DNA of 64,000 nucleotides from Vulcanimicrobiota bacterium (GCA_963795855.1 CAWCIZ010000001.1:352001-416000), one strand, 5' to 3'; positions 39,898 through 49,816 are shown, counted from the first letter of the stretch. Notes: generated by a model from the letters alone, not told the origin. Translations and numbers: made by a program.

Positions 39898-40168
39898 TGG
39901 GGCGCACGTCTCGAGTCGCAGCGGTTGAACGGCGCGGCCTCGCTTTCGTAGCGAGCGCGACGTCCGACGTGGGAGGGATGACCGGGCGCTGCGGGACGTT
40001 CCGGATTTTCGGCCCAGCCAGGACGGCTGTTTCAAATCTTTGATTTGCCGAAAATCCGGATGTCCTGAATGACGCGCTCGACAGGACGTCGATCGCGGCA
40101 TGCTCCCGCAGCGCTCGGTCATCCGTCTCACGCCGAGACGAAACCGCTGCGTTAGCCCCCGCGCCCCA
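39898..40168 (+). ncRNA. Putative structured sRNA 2, homolog of sRNA 1, with two AGGAC hairpin loops
   Basis: Core 39991-40109 is homologous to the reverse complement of 39507-39624 with compensatory stem changes. Closing stem 39961-39996 pairs with 40104-40140. Loops at 40020-40024 and 40083-40087. Ends are approximate. Confidence 0.7.
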
Positions 40169-40201
40169 TCGACGCAGCACCCCAGCCGCGGGCGAGAAGG
40201 C

Positions 40202-40228
40202 TAAAGTCAAGCAACCACATGCCGATAG
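40202..40228 (+). promoter_or_regulatory. sigma28 promoter of the flgF operon
   Basis: TAAA-N15-GCCGATAG, near consensus. Confidence 0.8.
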
Positions 40229-40355
40229 ATTGAAGTGAACGCGGCTGGACTGCCTCTCGCACGGGCGGGAGCCGCGGCGGAACCTGATTGATTGACGGTT
40301 TCGCGGTGCGCGGCGGATGCGCCGAGTACGACCCGATCGTGCGGAGGTTTTACTT

Positions 40356-41138
40356 TTGGTACGTGGACTTTATACTGCGGCATCGGGAGCGCTGGTAGCA
40401 CAGTCGCAGGCGGACGTGATCGCCAACAACCTGGCCAACGTAAACACGAGCGGGTTCAAGCGTACGCTGCTGCAGGTGCAGGCCGGCCCGGAGATGGGCA
40501 TTTATCGCCGCCAGACCGATCCCGGCAATCCGCGCGGCACGTCCAGCAGCGATTTCGTCGGCGCGCTCGGTTCCGGTGCGCAAGTGCTGGATACGCCGGC
40601 GGTGTTCGAACAAGGCACGCTCGGCCAAACCGGAAATCCGCTTGACCTTGCGATTCAAGGCAACGCGTTTTTTGCGATTCAAACGCCGCAGGGCGTTCGT
40701 TACACGCGCGACGGACAGTTTTCCGAAGATCCCAACGGCCGTCTCGTTACCATGGACGGCGACGCCGTGCTCGGCGCCAACGGTGCGGTGCAACTGCAGC
40801 CTACCGGCGGAGCCGTGCAGGTCGACGAAAGCGGCCGCATCACGCAGAACGGCCGGCTCGTCGATTCGCTCTCGCTGGTGCAATTCGCGAATCCCGCGCA
40901 AGTGCGCCCCGAAGGCGACAATCGTTTCGTCGCGACGAACGCCGCGCTGCCCGCGGCCGCGACGGCCGGTTCGACGGTTCACCAAGGTTTTCTCGAGCGA
41001 AGCAATGCGAACGTCGTGCGTTCGATGGTCGATTTGATCACGGCGCAGCGCTGGTTCGAAGCAAATCAAAAAGTCATGCAAACACAAGATCAGGCCAACG
41101 GCTGGGCGATCGAAACGGTCGCCAACAGCCAGAAGTAA
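40356..41138 (+). CDS. flgF: Flagellar rod protein FlgF
   Basis: GGAGG SD, TTG start, GLYTAASG...NLANVNTSGFK, YTRDG, LERSNANVV. Confidence 0.88.
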   Translation: MVRGLYTAASGALVAQSQADVIANNLANVNTSGFKRTLLQVQAGPEMGIYRRQTDPGNPRGTSSSDFVGALGSGAQVLDTPAVFEQGTLGQTGNPLDLAIQGNAFFAIQTPQGVRYTRDGQFSEDPNGRLVTMDGDAVLGANGAVQLQPTGGAVQVDESGRITQNGRLVDSLSLVQFANPAQVRPEGDNRFVATNAALPAAATAGSTVHQGFLERSNANVVRSMVDLITAQRWFEANQKVMQTQDQANGWAIETVANSQK

Positions 41139-41156
41139 AGGAGCCCGGACACCGCC

Positions 41157-41945
41157 ATGATGCGAGCACTCTATAGCGCGGCCAGCGGAATGGAAGCGCA
41201 GCAATTCGCGATGGACACCATTTCCAACAACCTGGCGAACGTCAACACGACGGGCTTCCGCCGGAACGAAGCGCGCTTTCAAGACCTGGTTTATCAGGAG
41301 ATGCGCGCACCCGGTTCGCCGGTCGGTGCGAGCGTCGTGCCGGTCGGTCAGGAAGTCGGTTTGGGCGTGAAGGTCGGTTCGTCGGAAAAGATTTTCACCC
41401 AAGGCAACCTGATGCAGACCGACAACCCGCTCGACATGGCCATCCAGGGCGACGGTTTCTTCCAGGTGACGATGCCCGACGGAACGGCCGCGTACACGCG
41501 CGACGGATCGTTCAAGCGCGATGCCAACGGCGCAATCGTTACCGCGGACGGGTACTTTCTGCAGCCGCAAATCACCGTTCCGCAGAACGCGCAGCAACTC
41601 TCGATTGGTGAAGACGGAACGGTATCGGCGCTCGTGCCCGGTTCCGCCGTGCCGCAGCAGCTCGGGCAGATTCAGCTCGCGCGGTTCGTGAATCCCGCCG
41701 GCCTTTCACCGGTCGGCGGTAAGAATCTCTACACGGAAACCGCCGCTTCCGGCGCGCCCGTCGTTTCGCAAGCCGGATTGAACGGCACGGGAACGCTGCA
41801 AGCGGGTTACCTGGAAAACTCCAACGTGCAGGTCGTTCAAGAGATCGTGAACATGATCGTTTCGCAGCGTGCCTTCGAGGCGAATTCGAAGTCGATCACC
41901 GCTGCCGACGAGATGCTGCAGACCGCGAACCAGATTATCCGGTAA
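41157..41945 (+). CDS. flgG: Flagellar distal rod protein FlgG
   Basis: AASGMEAQQ, FQDLVYQ, LENSNV..V.E.V.MI..QRAFEANSK. Confidence 0.95.
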   Translation: MMRALYSAASGMEAQQFAMDTISNNLANVNTTGFRRNEARFQDLVYQEMRAPGSPVGASVVPVGQEVGLGVKVGSSEKIFTQGNLMQTDNPLDMAIQGDGFFQVTMPDGTAAYTRDGSFKRDANGAIVTADGYFLQPQITVPQNAQQLSIGEDGTVSALVPGSAVPQQLGQIQLARFVNPAGLSPVGGKNLYTETAASGAPVVSQAGLNGTGTLQAGYLENSNVQVVQEIVNMIVSQRAFEANSKSITAADEMLQTANQIIR

Positions 41946-41946
41946 G

Positions 41947-42672
41947 ATGACGCGCCTGCCGATCGCCGCCCTGGCAGTTCTCTCGCTCGCACCGATCGGT
42001 GCGAGTGCTCAGAACTTTGCTGCGCCGGCGCAGACGGTGCAGCACGTGAGCGGCCGCCGCATCGCGCAAGCGGCTTTACGCGAAATCGACACTCTGGCGC
42101 AGGACGCGGATCACCGGTACGTTGCCGTGAGCGCCGTTCCGGACCAAGTCGTAACCGGCGATCGCGTAGCCGTGCACGCTGGAGCGGCTGTCGGGACAGC
42201 GTCGTTCGTGAACGTTCCGGTCGCGATCGACGTCGACGGCAGGCTCGATCGAACGATTTACGTCGGCTATCGCATGCAGCAGTACGTCGAAACGGCGGTT
42301 GCGGCGCACGACCTCGTATCGGGGACCGTCCTTTCGGCCGATGATTTGACTATGGCACGCATCGCCTACACAGGCCGCCCCGGCAACGGCATCGACGCGC
42401 TGGTCGGACGCAAATTGAACGGCACCGTCCTCGAAGGCCAACCGGTAGCGATTGCGGCGACCGCGGTGAACCAAATCGTCAAAGCCGGTGCAACGGTCGT
42501 GCTGGTCGTCAAAGATTCGGGCGTTCAAGTGACCGCGGACGTCATCGCGCGCACGAGCGGCGGCCTGGGCGATGAGGTTTCGGTTTACAATCCGTCGACC
42601 AACAAAGCGCTTTCCGGCACCGTCACCGCGCCCGGCACCGTCGAACTCGACATTTCGGGAGGCGATGAATAA
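41947..42672 (+). CDS. flgA: P-ring assembly chaperone FlgA
   Basis: Signal peptide, SAF-like region, GGLGDEVSVYN; position between flgG and flgH. Confidence 0.85.
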   Translation: MTRLPIAALAVLSLAPIGASAQNFAAPAQTVQHVSGRRIAQAALREIDTLAQDADHRYVAVSAVPDQVVTGDRVAVHAGAAVGTASFVNVPVAIDVDGRLDRTIYVGYRMQQYVETAVAAHDLVSGTVLSADDLTMARIAYTGRPGNGIDALVGRKLNGTVLEGQPVAIAATAVNQIVKAGATVVLVVKDSGVQVTADVIARTSGGLGDEVSVYNPSTNKALSGTVTAPGTVELDISGGDE

Positions 42673-43296
42673 ATGCGTCACGGCTTTGTGAAAGGCGTTG
42701 CGGTTTGCATAGCGCTGGCGCTCCTGCCCGCGGCGGCATTCGCGGACACGCTCTACGTCGCTCCGCCGCCGGCGGTCGGACCAGGCCACCCGCTGCGGCT
42801 CGGACCCGATCATCGGGCCGGGCAAATCGGCGATCTGCTGCACATTCAATTCAATTTCACGGTGCAAAGCAATAGCAGCGACGTTTCGGCCGACAGCAAA
42901 CAGTTCAATCTGGGATCGTCGAGCGGCTCGACGAGTTCGAGCAGCGGTATTCGGCTTCTCGGCGGCCTGATCAACGTGCCGACCTCGCTGGGCGGGAATA
43001 CCGGCACGCAGAGCTCCCGCACGGAAACCGGCGTCACGTCGTTCGTCAGCGACATGATGGCGACGGTCGTGAACGTCCTGCCGAGCGGCGTGCTGCAGAT
43101 CGCCGGCGATCAGCGCATGCTCGTCAACGGCGAAACGCAGACACTGCATATTACCGGATTCGTTCGGCCGGAAGACATCGACAGCAGCGACACGGTGCTC
43201 TCTTCGCGCGTCGCGGACGTCGAGGGCAGCTTCAACGGCAACTTCCAAGAGAAGCACGTCGGCATCCTCCGGCGCGTTCTCGGCTGGCTGTTCTAA
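42673..43296 (+). CDS. flgH: Flagellar L-ring protein FlgH
   Basis: DHRA.QIGDLL, VLPSG.L.I.G, GFVRPEDI, SSRVAD. Confidence 0.9.
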   Translation: MRHGFVKGVAVCIALALLPAAAFADTLYVAPPPAVGPGHPLRLGPDHRAGQIGDLLHIQFNFTVQSNSSDVSADSKQFNLGSSSGSTSSSSGIRLLGGLINVPTSLGGNTGTQSSRTETGVTSFVSDMMATVVNVLPSGVLQIAGDQRMLVNGETQTLHITGFVRPEDIDSSDTVLSSRVADVEGSFNGNFQEKHVGILRRVLGWLF

Positions 43297-43298
43297 GG

Positions 43299-44423
43299 AT
43301 GACGATGAAGAATCTCCGGCGCTCGACCGTTCTCGCGCTGTCAACCTGCCTGCTGGTCAACGCGTTTGCCGCGATGCCGGCGCGGGCGACGAGCGTGTTC
43401 GTCAAAGACGTCGCGCACGTGCAGGGCGTAACCGGTAATCAACTGGTCGGCTACGGCATCGTCACGGGCTTGAACGGGACGGGCGATTCGACGTCGGTGA
43501 TCTTCACCAGCCAGACCATTCAAAACGTGCTGCAGTCCTTCGGTGTTTCGACCACGAGCAACGAAGTGCGCACGCGCGACGTCGCCGCCGTAATGGTTAC
43601 GGCGACACTGCCGGCGTTCGCGCATTCGGGCGACAACGTCGACGTAACGGTTTCGGCGATGGGCGATTCGAGCAGTCTGCAAGGCGGAACGCTGATTCTG
43701 ACCGAGTTGAAAGCGGCAAACGCTCTGGTCTACGCGACCGCTCAAGGGCCAATCTCGATCGGCGGCTTCACCGCCGGTTACGACGCAACCAGCACGACGA
43801 AGAACCATCCCACGGCGGGACGCATTCCGAACGGGGCCGTCATCGCGCGCGATATGATCACGCCGATCCAAAACGGCGACGGGTTCAACTACGTCGTCAC
43901 GACTCCGGACTTCAAGACCGCCGCGAATCTGGCTAGCGCGCTAAACCGCCGTTTCGGCGGCGGCACCGCGGGCGCGCTCGATGCGGAGACCGTACACGTC
44001 ACGCTTCCGCCCGCGTATCACAACAATCCGGTGCAGTTTCTGGCCGACGCAAGCGACGTCTCACTCGTGCAGGACGAACTCGCCAAGGTCATCATGAACG
44101 AGCGTACCGGGACCATCGTCTTTGGCGGCGACATCAAACTCGCGCCCTGCGCGATTGCGCACGGCAACCTCTCGATCACGATAACGCAGGAGCAGAAGTA
44201 CGTTCCTTCGCCGTTCAGCACGAACGGCGGCGGACTGCAAACGAATACGCGCGTGACCGCACAAGAGGAGAAGCGGCGGCTCACGTTCATCTCGGGGGCA
44301 GCAACGCTCTCGTCCGTCGTGCGCGCGCTCAACACGATGGGCGTCTCGCCGCGCGACCTCATCGCCATCGTGCAGGCGCTGCGCCAAGCCGGCGCGCTGC
44401 AGGCCGATTTGGAGATTCAGTAG
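43299..44423 (+). CDS. flgI: Flagellar P-ring protein FlgI
   Basis: NQLVGYGIVTGLNGTGD, SLQGGTL, NERTGTIV, AGALQADL. Confidence 0.95.
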   Translation: MTMKNLRRSTVLALSTCLLVNAFAAMPARATSVFVKDVAHVQGVTGNQLVGYGIVTGLNGTGDSTSVIFTSQTIQNVLQSFGVSTTSNEVRTRDVAAVMVTATLPAFAHSGDNVDVTVSAMGDSSSLQGGTLILTELKAANALVYATAQGPISIGGFTAGYDATSTTKNHPTAGRIPNGAVIARDMITPIQNGDGFNYVVTTPDFKTAANLASALNRRFGGGTAGALDAETVHVTLPPAYHNNPVQFLADASDVSLVQDELAKVIMNERTGTIVFGGDIKLAPCAIAHGNLSITITQEQKYVPSPFSTNGGGLQTNTRVTAQEEKRRLTFISGAATLSSVVRALNTMGVSPRDLIAIVQALRQAGALQADLEIQ

Positions 44424-44758
44424 TGGACGGCGCAAAGACCGCAGCGGTCACCTACACGCCGGCGCAGCAGCAAGCGCTGCAGCATCTGCACACGGCGGCG
44501 ACGCAGCTGGAAGGCGTCTTCATGGACATGCTCTTCAGCGCGATGCGCGAGACGGTTCCGCAGCAATCCATCTTCGGCAAGGAGTCGAGCGCCGAGCAAA
44601 CGTTTCAAACGATGCTCGACGAGCAGCGCTCGCAGCAGATGGCGCAGACCGGTTCCATCGGTATCGCGAAGGTGCTCGAGGAGCAATTGAAGCAAAGCGT
44701 GCTCGCCGATGCGGGCCGCGAAGCCAAATCACAAGTGCCGCGGGAGTTGGAGCCGTGA
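44423..44758 (+). CDS. flgJ: FlgJ-like rod-binding protein (no muramidase domain)
   Basis: AATQLEGVFMDML.SAMR...MLDEQ...GIA..L..QL. Confidence 0.82.
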   Translation: MDGAKTAAVTYTPAQQQALQHLHTAATQLEGVFMDMLFSAMRETVPQQSIFGKESSAEQTFQTMLDEQRSQQMAQTGSIGIAKVLEEQLKQSVLADAGREAKSQVPRELEP

Positions 44759-45264
44759 TAGCCGCCGCACCGAAAACCGCGCCGAAATCCGATTCGTGGG
44801 AAGCCTTCGGCACTGCGCTGCACGAGGAATCCGCAGCGCTGCAGCGTCTCAACGCCGCCGCCGTGCACCTCACGCAAATACTGGTTGACGGATCGCCCGA
44901 TGCTATTCTGGAATCGGATCGCGCGCTCAACGCGGCGCGCGTCGTGCACCAAACCGCTTGCGGCAAACGCCGCGGCATGCAGGCGCGCGGCTTCGGCGCG
45001 ATGACGCTCGAGCAAGTCTGCCGGTACGCGCCGCGCCACATCTCGCCGTATCTGCACAAGACGCTCGCCGAGATCACGTACGGATCGATTTCTCTGGGCA
45101 TAACGATTTCGAACAACAAGTCCCTAATTGTAGCCGGCCTGCAGCGACTCGTCGACGTGACGCACAAACTGCAGGAGCATGCGACGGAGCGCACCGGCAT
45201 TTACAAGCGCCGAGGTTACGTCGCACCTCCCGGCGCCAGCGTTCTAGTGAGCAGCAAAGTATGA
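44755..45264 (+). CDS. FlgN-like export chaperone
   Basis: Helical protein upstream of flgK, NNKSLI, C-terminal Y..RG motif. Confidence 0.6.
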   Translation: MIAAAPKTAPKSDSWEAFGTALHEESAALQRLNAAAVHLTQILVDGSPDAILESDRALNAARVVHQTACGKRRGMQARGFGAMTLEQVCRYAPRHISPYLHKTLAEITYGSISLGITISNNKSLIVAGLQRLVDVTHKLQEHATERTGIYKRRGYVAPPGASVLVSSKV

Positions 45265-45526
45265 AAATGGAATTTCAGCCACGACGGTGCACGCGCCGCG
45301 TCTTGGGGGCCCCACTTTGTGGGGGGCGGCGGAGCCAGGCGGAGCGCCTTTCAAACTCCCGGCGCCAGCGTTCTAGTGAGCCGCAAAGTATGAAAATGGA
45401 ATTTCAGCTGGAGCGCCCTTCACGGCGCCCTCGGGGAGAGTCTGAACCGGCACGACGGTGCACGCGCCGCGTCCTGGGGGCCCCACTTTGTGGGGGGCGG
45501 CGGAGTCAGGCGGAGCGCCTTTCAAA
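45227..45526. repeat. Tandem direct duplication (129 bp; second copy carries a 42-bp insert) including a REP-like palindromic element
   Basis: 45227-45355 vs 45356-45526 differ by 3 substitutions plus insert 45409-45450. Hairpins CCCCAC-TTT-GTGGGG and AGGCG-GAG-CGCCT. Confidence 0.92.
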
Positions 45527-47666
45527 ATGAGTGGGTTAGGCAGTTTCTTCGGCCTCGGCGTGCTGGGCAACGCGCTCGACACCTTCCAAAACGCGGCGGA
45601 CGTCACGTCCGACAACATCGCCAACGTGAACACACCCGGTGCATCGCGGCAGGTGGTGAACATTCAGCAGGTGGATCCGGTCGCGGGCTCGCCGTTCGCC
45701 GACGCGCATTTCGCGGGAACGTTCGGCAACGGCTCGATGGTCGCAAGCGTTCAGCGCATCCACGACGATTCGTACGACTCGCTGTTCCGCGGCGCGTCCG
45801 GCTCGCAGAACTACTATTCGATCGAGCAGAATCAGACTGCAGGCGCTGCAGGCGACGCTCGGAGAGCCGAACAACGGCATCAACTCATACTTCACGGCGT
45901 TTCAAAGCGCGGTCGGCCAGCTCGTCGATCAGGTCGGCACCGGTTCGACCAGTTCGCGCGCGAACGTGCTCTCGGCGGCGCAAGCGCTGACGCAGGCGCT
46001 CAATGCGGGTGCGAGCGCGATCGCTCAGCAGAAGAGCCAGGTCGTGCAGCAGGCCGGATCGGCGGTTGCGGCCGTCAACGGGATTCTCGACAAAATCGCG
46101 TCGCTGAACGGTCAGATCCGCGCATCGACGGCGGTCGGCGACAATCCGAACACGTATAAAGACGAGCGCGATCAACTGATCGATCAACTCTCACAGTATA
46201 TTTCGACGCAAACTTCGGTTCAGCCCGACGGTTCGACGCTCGTGACCGTGAACGGACAAGCCCTGGTCAACGACAACGTCGCGTACCATTTGTCGCAGCC
46301 CGTCGTCGGCGTTGCCTCGAACGGCGCGCCCACGTTCAAAATCGATTTCGCGACCACGCCGCCGGCGTCGCTCAGCGCGCCCGGCATTCCGCTCGGCAGC
46401 GGCCAGCTCGCCGCGTTCGCGGATCTGTACAACAACAAGTTGACCGCTTATGGACAGCAGCTCGACGACTTTGCTTCAGCGACGGCGAACGAGGTCAACC
46501 GCATTACGCAAGCGTCCTACGACCAGAACGGCGTCGCGGGAACGGCGCTGTTTCAGCCCATCGTTTCCTCCTTGCCGATCTCGGCGGGCAACATCAAGGT
46601 CGGCATCAGCAATCCGTCGCAGCTTCCCGCCGCTCTGGCTTCCACCGCGGCCGGTTCGCTCGTCACGAATTTGAACTCGGCCAACAACCTGGTCGACACA
46701 TCGGCAGCGATGAACGGCAGCGGCGCCCTCGCGAATCCGCCGGCCGCCGGCGGCATCAGCGGAACGCTCACTGTGACGGTGGACGGCGTTGCGCAAGCCT
46801 TCACGTACGATACGAACACGACCGATACGTCGATCGACGCGTTCATCAGCCATTTCAACAGCCAGCACTTCGGCGTGACCGCCTCCTTCGACGCGTCGGG
46901 CCAGCGGATCGTGTTCACGCGCGATCCGATGAACGCGGACTTGGTGCATCGCGCGGCGCAAGGCGCGACGCCGACCGATCCCACGTTCACGATAAGCGAC
47001 AGCAACAATCCGGCCGTTGCGGGTTCTTCGCTGCTCGGCGCGCTCGGCGCCGGCGCGATTCAAGGCGTCACGCAAAACAGCGGCAACGCATTCGGCGCGA
47101 ACGACAACGGCGGTGCAAACGCGCTGATGACCATGTTCGCGGCAGACGTCGGCGTGCCGGCGCTGCAAACCGCCAGCGCCGCAGCGATCGCCGCCGGCCC
47201 GCAAACCGTCGCTTTGCCTGCGGGCGTCACGAACGTTCAGGTGGGTGACGTGCTGACGGTCGACGCGACCGTTGGCGGCGGCGCGCCGCAGGAGAACGTC
47301 GTCGTCTCTGCAGTGAGTTTCAATCCCGCGACCGGCGTCGAGTCGTTCACCGCGACGTTCAAAAACGCGCACGCGGCGGGAGCGTCGATTACGTCGGCCC
47401 AAACGCAAACGCTCAGCCAGTACTACGGGCAAACGGTTTCGCAGATGGGCGTCGACACCCAGACGGCGATCACCGGCACCGCTTCGCAGACCACCCTCTC
47501 CAGCAACATCGACAAAGTGCGGCAAAGCGTCGACGGGATCAACATCGACGAAGAGACGCAGAACCTCATCAAGTTCCAAAACGCGTATCAGGCCACTGCC
47601 CGCACCATCAACGTGCTGGACTCGATGCTCAGCACCGTCATCAACTCCCTCGGCGCCGGACATTAG
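45527..47666 (+). CDS. flgK: Hook-associated protein FlgK (frameshift near 45837)
   Basis: NIANVNTPG.SRQ, DERDQLIDQLS, GINIDEETQNLIKFQNAYQA. Confidence 0.93.
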
Positions 47667-47684
47667 CAAGGAGGCTGAATCCAC

Positions 47685-48980
47685 ATGCGCATCGCGACAT
47701 CGACCATCTACGACTCGCAATCGAACTCGATCGACAATCTGGTATCGCAGCAGCAGCAGCTCGGTCAGACGTTGTCGTCCGGCAAGCAGATCAATGCGCC
47801 CTCGGACGATCCGACGCAGATCGCGGAAGATCTGGCGGTCCGCACCGCCATAGCGCAAGAAACGCAAGGTTCGACGAACATTCAAAACGCGACGTCGCAA
47901 CTGACGACGGTCGACGGCGCGCTTTCGAACCTCACGAACATTCTCCAAAGCGCGCGTTCGATCGCCGTTCAAGCCGGCTCGGGTTTCACGAATTCGACGC
48001 AGCAGGAAGCTTTGGCGTCGCAAGTCGACGGTCTGCTGCAGGAAGCGATCGGCGTCGCGAACACCAAGTATGCCGGTAAATTCGTATTCGCGGGCACCGC
48101 GGGACCGTACACCCCGCCGGTAACCGCGAACGGTCAGCCGATTTCGAGCGTGACGTTCAACGGCAATTCCGGCGGCCAAACCGAGCAGATGTACAACGGC
48201 GAAGCCGTCAGCACCGGCGTGACGCTGCAGCAAGCCTTCAATTACGGTTCTCCCAACGGCTCTCCGGACGTTTTCCAGACACTCATCACGCTGCGGAACA
48301 CGATCGAAAAGGGAACGGTCGTTTCCGCCAGCGCGAGCGGCGTGAACAGCGCGAATACTGCGCTGACGGCGGCGAGCCCGATCAACGCGGCCGGCGTGCT
48401 TTCGACTGCGCTCGCACCGGATGCGAGCGGTAACGTCAACGTCGTCATTACTTCGTCGAAGACGGGCGCCGCGGGCGTTACGGTAACGATTCCGGCAGGC
48501 TCGTCGATGACGGCAGTGCTCGCGGCGATCAACGGCGCGAGCGGCGCGACCGGTATTACCGCCGGTTTCGATTATCAGCAGCAACGGCTCAGCCTCACGT
48601 CGTCGACCGGTGCGTTTCAAATCGCGGATTCGCCGACGACGCCGGGAACCGCCGCTGGCAATTTCGTCGAAGCGTTCGGCCTGCAATCGCAAGCCAACCT
48701 CGTTTCGAACGTTTCTCGGCAACTCGGCGACGTCGACAACGTGATGCAGACGCTGCTCACCACGCGCGCGACGGTCGGCGCGAACATTCAAACGCTCTCG
48801 GCTCTCGGCACGGCGACCGATTCACAGGCAGTTAACGATACCAAGGTGCAGTCGGGCATCGAGGATGCCGATATTGCAAAAGTAATCTCGCAGTTCTCGC
48901 AGACGCAAACCGCCCTGCAGGCCGCGTACGGCACCACAACGCGCTTGGAGAGCAAGACGCTCTTCGACTACTTACAGTAA
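47685..48980 (+). CDS. flgL: Hook-associated protein FlgL
   Basis: MRIAT, SSGKQINAPSDDP, FVFAG, TLFDYL. Confidence 0.94.
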   Translation: MRIATSTIYDSQSNSIDNLVSQQQQLGQTLSSGKQINAPSDDPTQIAEDLAVRTAIAQETQGSTNIQNATSQLTTVDGALSNLTNILQSARSIAVQAGSGFTNSTQQEALASQVDGLLQEAIGVANTKYAGKFVFAGTAGPYTPPVTANGQPISSVTFNGNSGGQTEQMYNGEAVSTGVTLQQAFNYGSPNGSPDVFQTLITLRNTIEKGTVVSASASGVNSANTALTAASPINAAGVLSTALAPDASGNVNVVITSSKTGAAGVTVTIPAGSSMTAVLAAINGASGATGITAGFDYQQQRLSLTSSTGAFQIADSPTTPGTAAGNFVEAFGLQSQANLVSNVSRQLGDVDNVMQTLLTTRATVGANIQTLSALGTATDSQAVNDTKVQSGIEDADIAKVISQFSQTQTALQAAYGTTTRLESKTLFDYLQ

Positions 48981-48996
48981 AGGGAACCGCAGGAGG

Positions 48997-49485
48997 ATGG
49001 AAAGCACGATGGAGTCCACGCAGACGATGACGGTCGTCACGAACCGCTTCGGAAAAGTGACGTTCACCGAATCGGACGTGTTCGTGTTTCCGTGGGGTCT
49101 GCCGGGCTTTTCGGACCTGCGCCGTTTTCTCGCGCTCTCGCTTGCCGAACAGCCCAATTTCGTGTGGCTCCAGTCGCTCGAGGATCCCAACATCGCTCTT
49201 CCCGCGGCGGATCCGTGGCAGCTCTTTCCGGACTATGAGCCGCGAATGCCGTCCTACGCGACCGAAGCGCTCGAACTGCACAGCGCCGAGGACTTCACGA
49301 TCCTTTGCATCGTGGTGGTGACCAAAGACGCCGAAGAGATGACGATGAACCTGATGGCGCCGGTCGTGCTGAATCTGAAGACGCGCCGCGCCCGTCAGGT
49401 GATGCTGGAAAATTCCGCCTATTCGGTCCGGACCGCTCTTCCCCGAAAGCCCGTGGAGGCACAAGGCACCGCCCAGCCGGCGTAG
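48997..49485 (+). CDS. fliW: Flagellar assembly factor FliW (CsrA antagonist)
   Basis: RFG...FPWGLPGF...WLQS...DP...Y...TMNLMAPVVLN. Confidence 0.93.
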   Translation: MESTMESTQTMTVVTNRFGKVTFTESDVFVFPWGLPGFSDLRRFLALSLAEQPNFVWLQSLEDPNIALPAADPWQLFPDYEPRMPSYATEALELHSAEDFTILCIVVVTKDAEEMTMNLMAPVVLNLKTRRARQVMLENSAYSVRTALPRKPVEAQGTAQPA

Positions 49486-49515
49486 AAACCAGCAAAAAAG
49501 CCAAGGAGGGCGCAT

Positions 49516-49788
49516 ATGCTAGTCCTGAGCCGGAAAGTCAACCAGTCCATCATGGTGGGCGACAACGTCCGCGTGGTGGTCGTCGCTGTCGACCGCGACC
49601 AGGTCAAACTGGGCATCGAGGCGCCGCGTGAAATCGCGGTCCACCGGTCGGAAATCTACGAAGAGATTCAGCGCACCAACCGTTCCGCCGCAGCCGGTGA
49701 AGCGCCGTCCGCCGCGTCGGGTCCGGTCGTGACGCGCGCCACGCTGCAGCCCCGAAAAAAATCTTCCAAACCGGCAAAGAACCGCTAA
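49516..49788 (+). CDS. csrA: Carbon storage regulator CsrA
   Basis: MLVLSRK.NQSIMVGD...VKLGIEAPREIAVHRSEIY..IQ..N; has the C-terminal extension typical of FliW-regulated CsrA. Confidence 0.96.
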   Translation: MLVLSRKVNQSIMVGDNVRVVVVAVDRDQVKLGIEAPREIAVHRSEIYEEIQRTNRSAAAGEAPSAASGPVVTRATLQPRKKSSKPAKNR

Positions 49789-49812
49789 ACTCGCACACCC
49801 TGCGACCGATAT
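49786..49812 (+). promoter_or_regulatory. sigma28 promoter of flagellin
   Basis: TAAA-N15-ACCGATAT. Confidence 0.8.
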
Positions 49813-49816
49813 ACAG

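Noticed and set aside
39507..40109. Inverted repeat as an invertible phase-variation switch or IS/MITE ends
   Set aside because: There is no recombinase or transposase nearby and no target duplication seen. The copies diverge by compensatory stem changes, which fits structure conservation rather than recombination sites. Not fully excluded without a genome-wide search.
39108..40401. Short ORFs in the intergenic gap
   Set aside because: They have no SD or recognisable domains, and their mutual similarity derives from the inverted repeat.
46476..48791. Long antisense ORF (771 aa) and similar shadow ORFs
   Set aside because: These are expected opposite high-GC coding genes. They are Arg-rich and show no domains.
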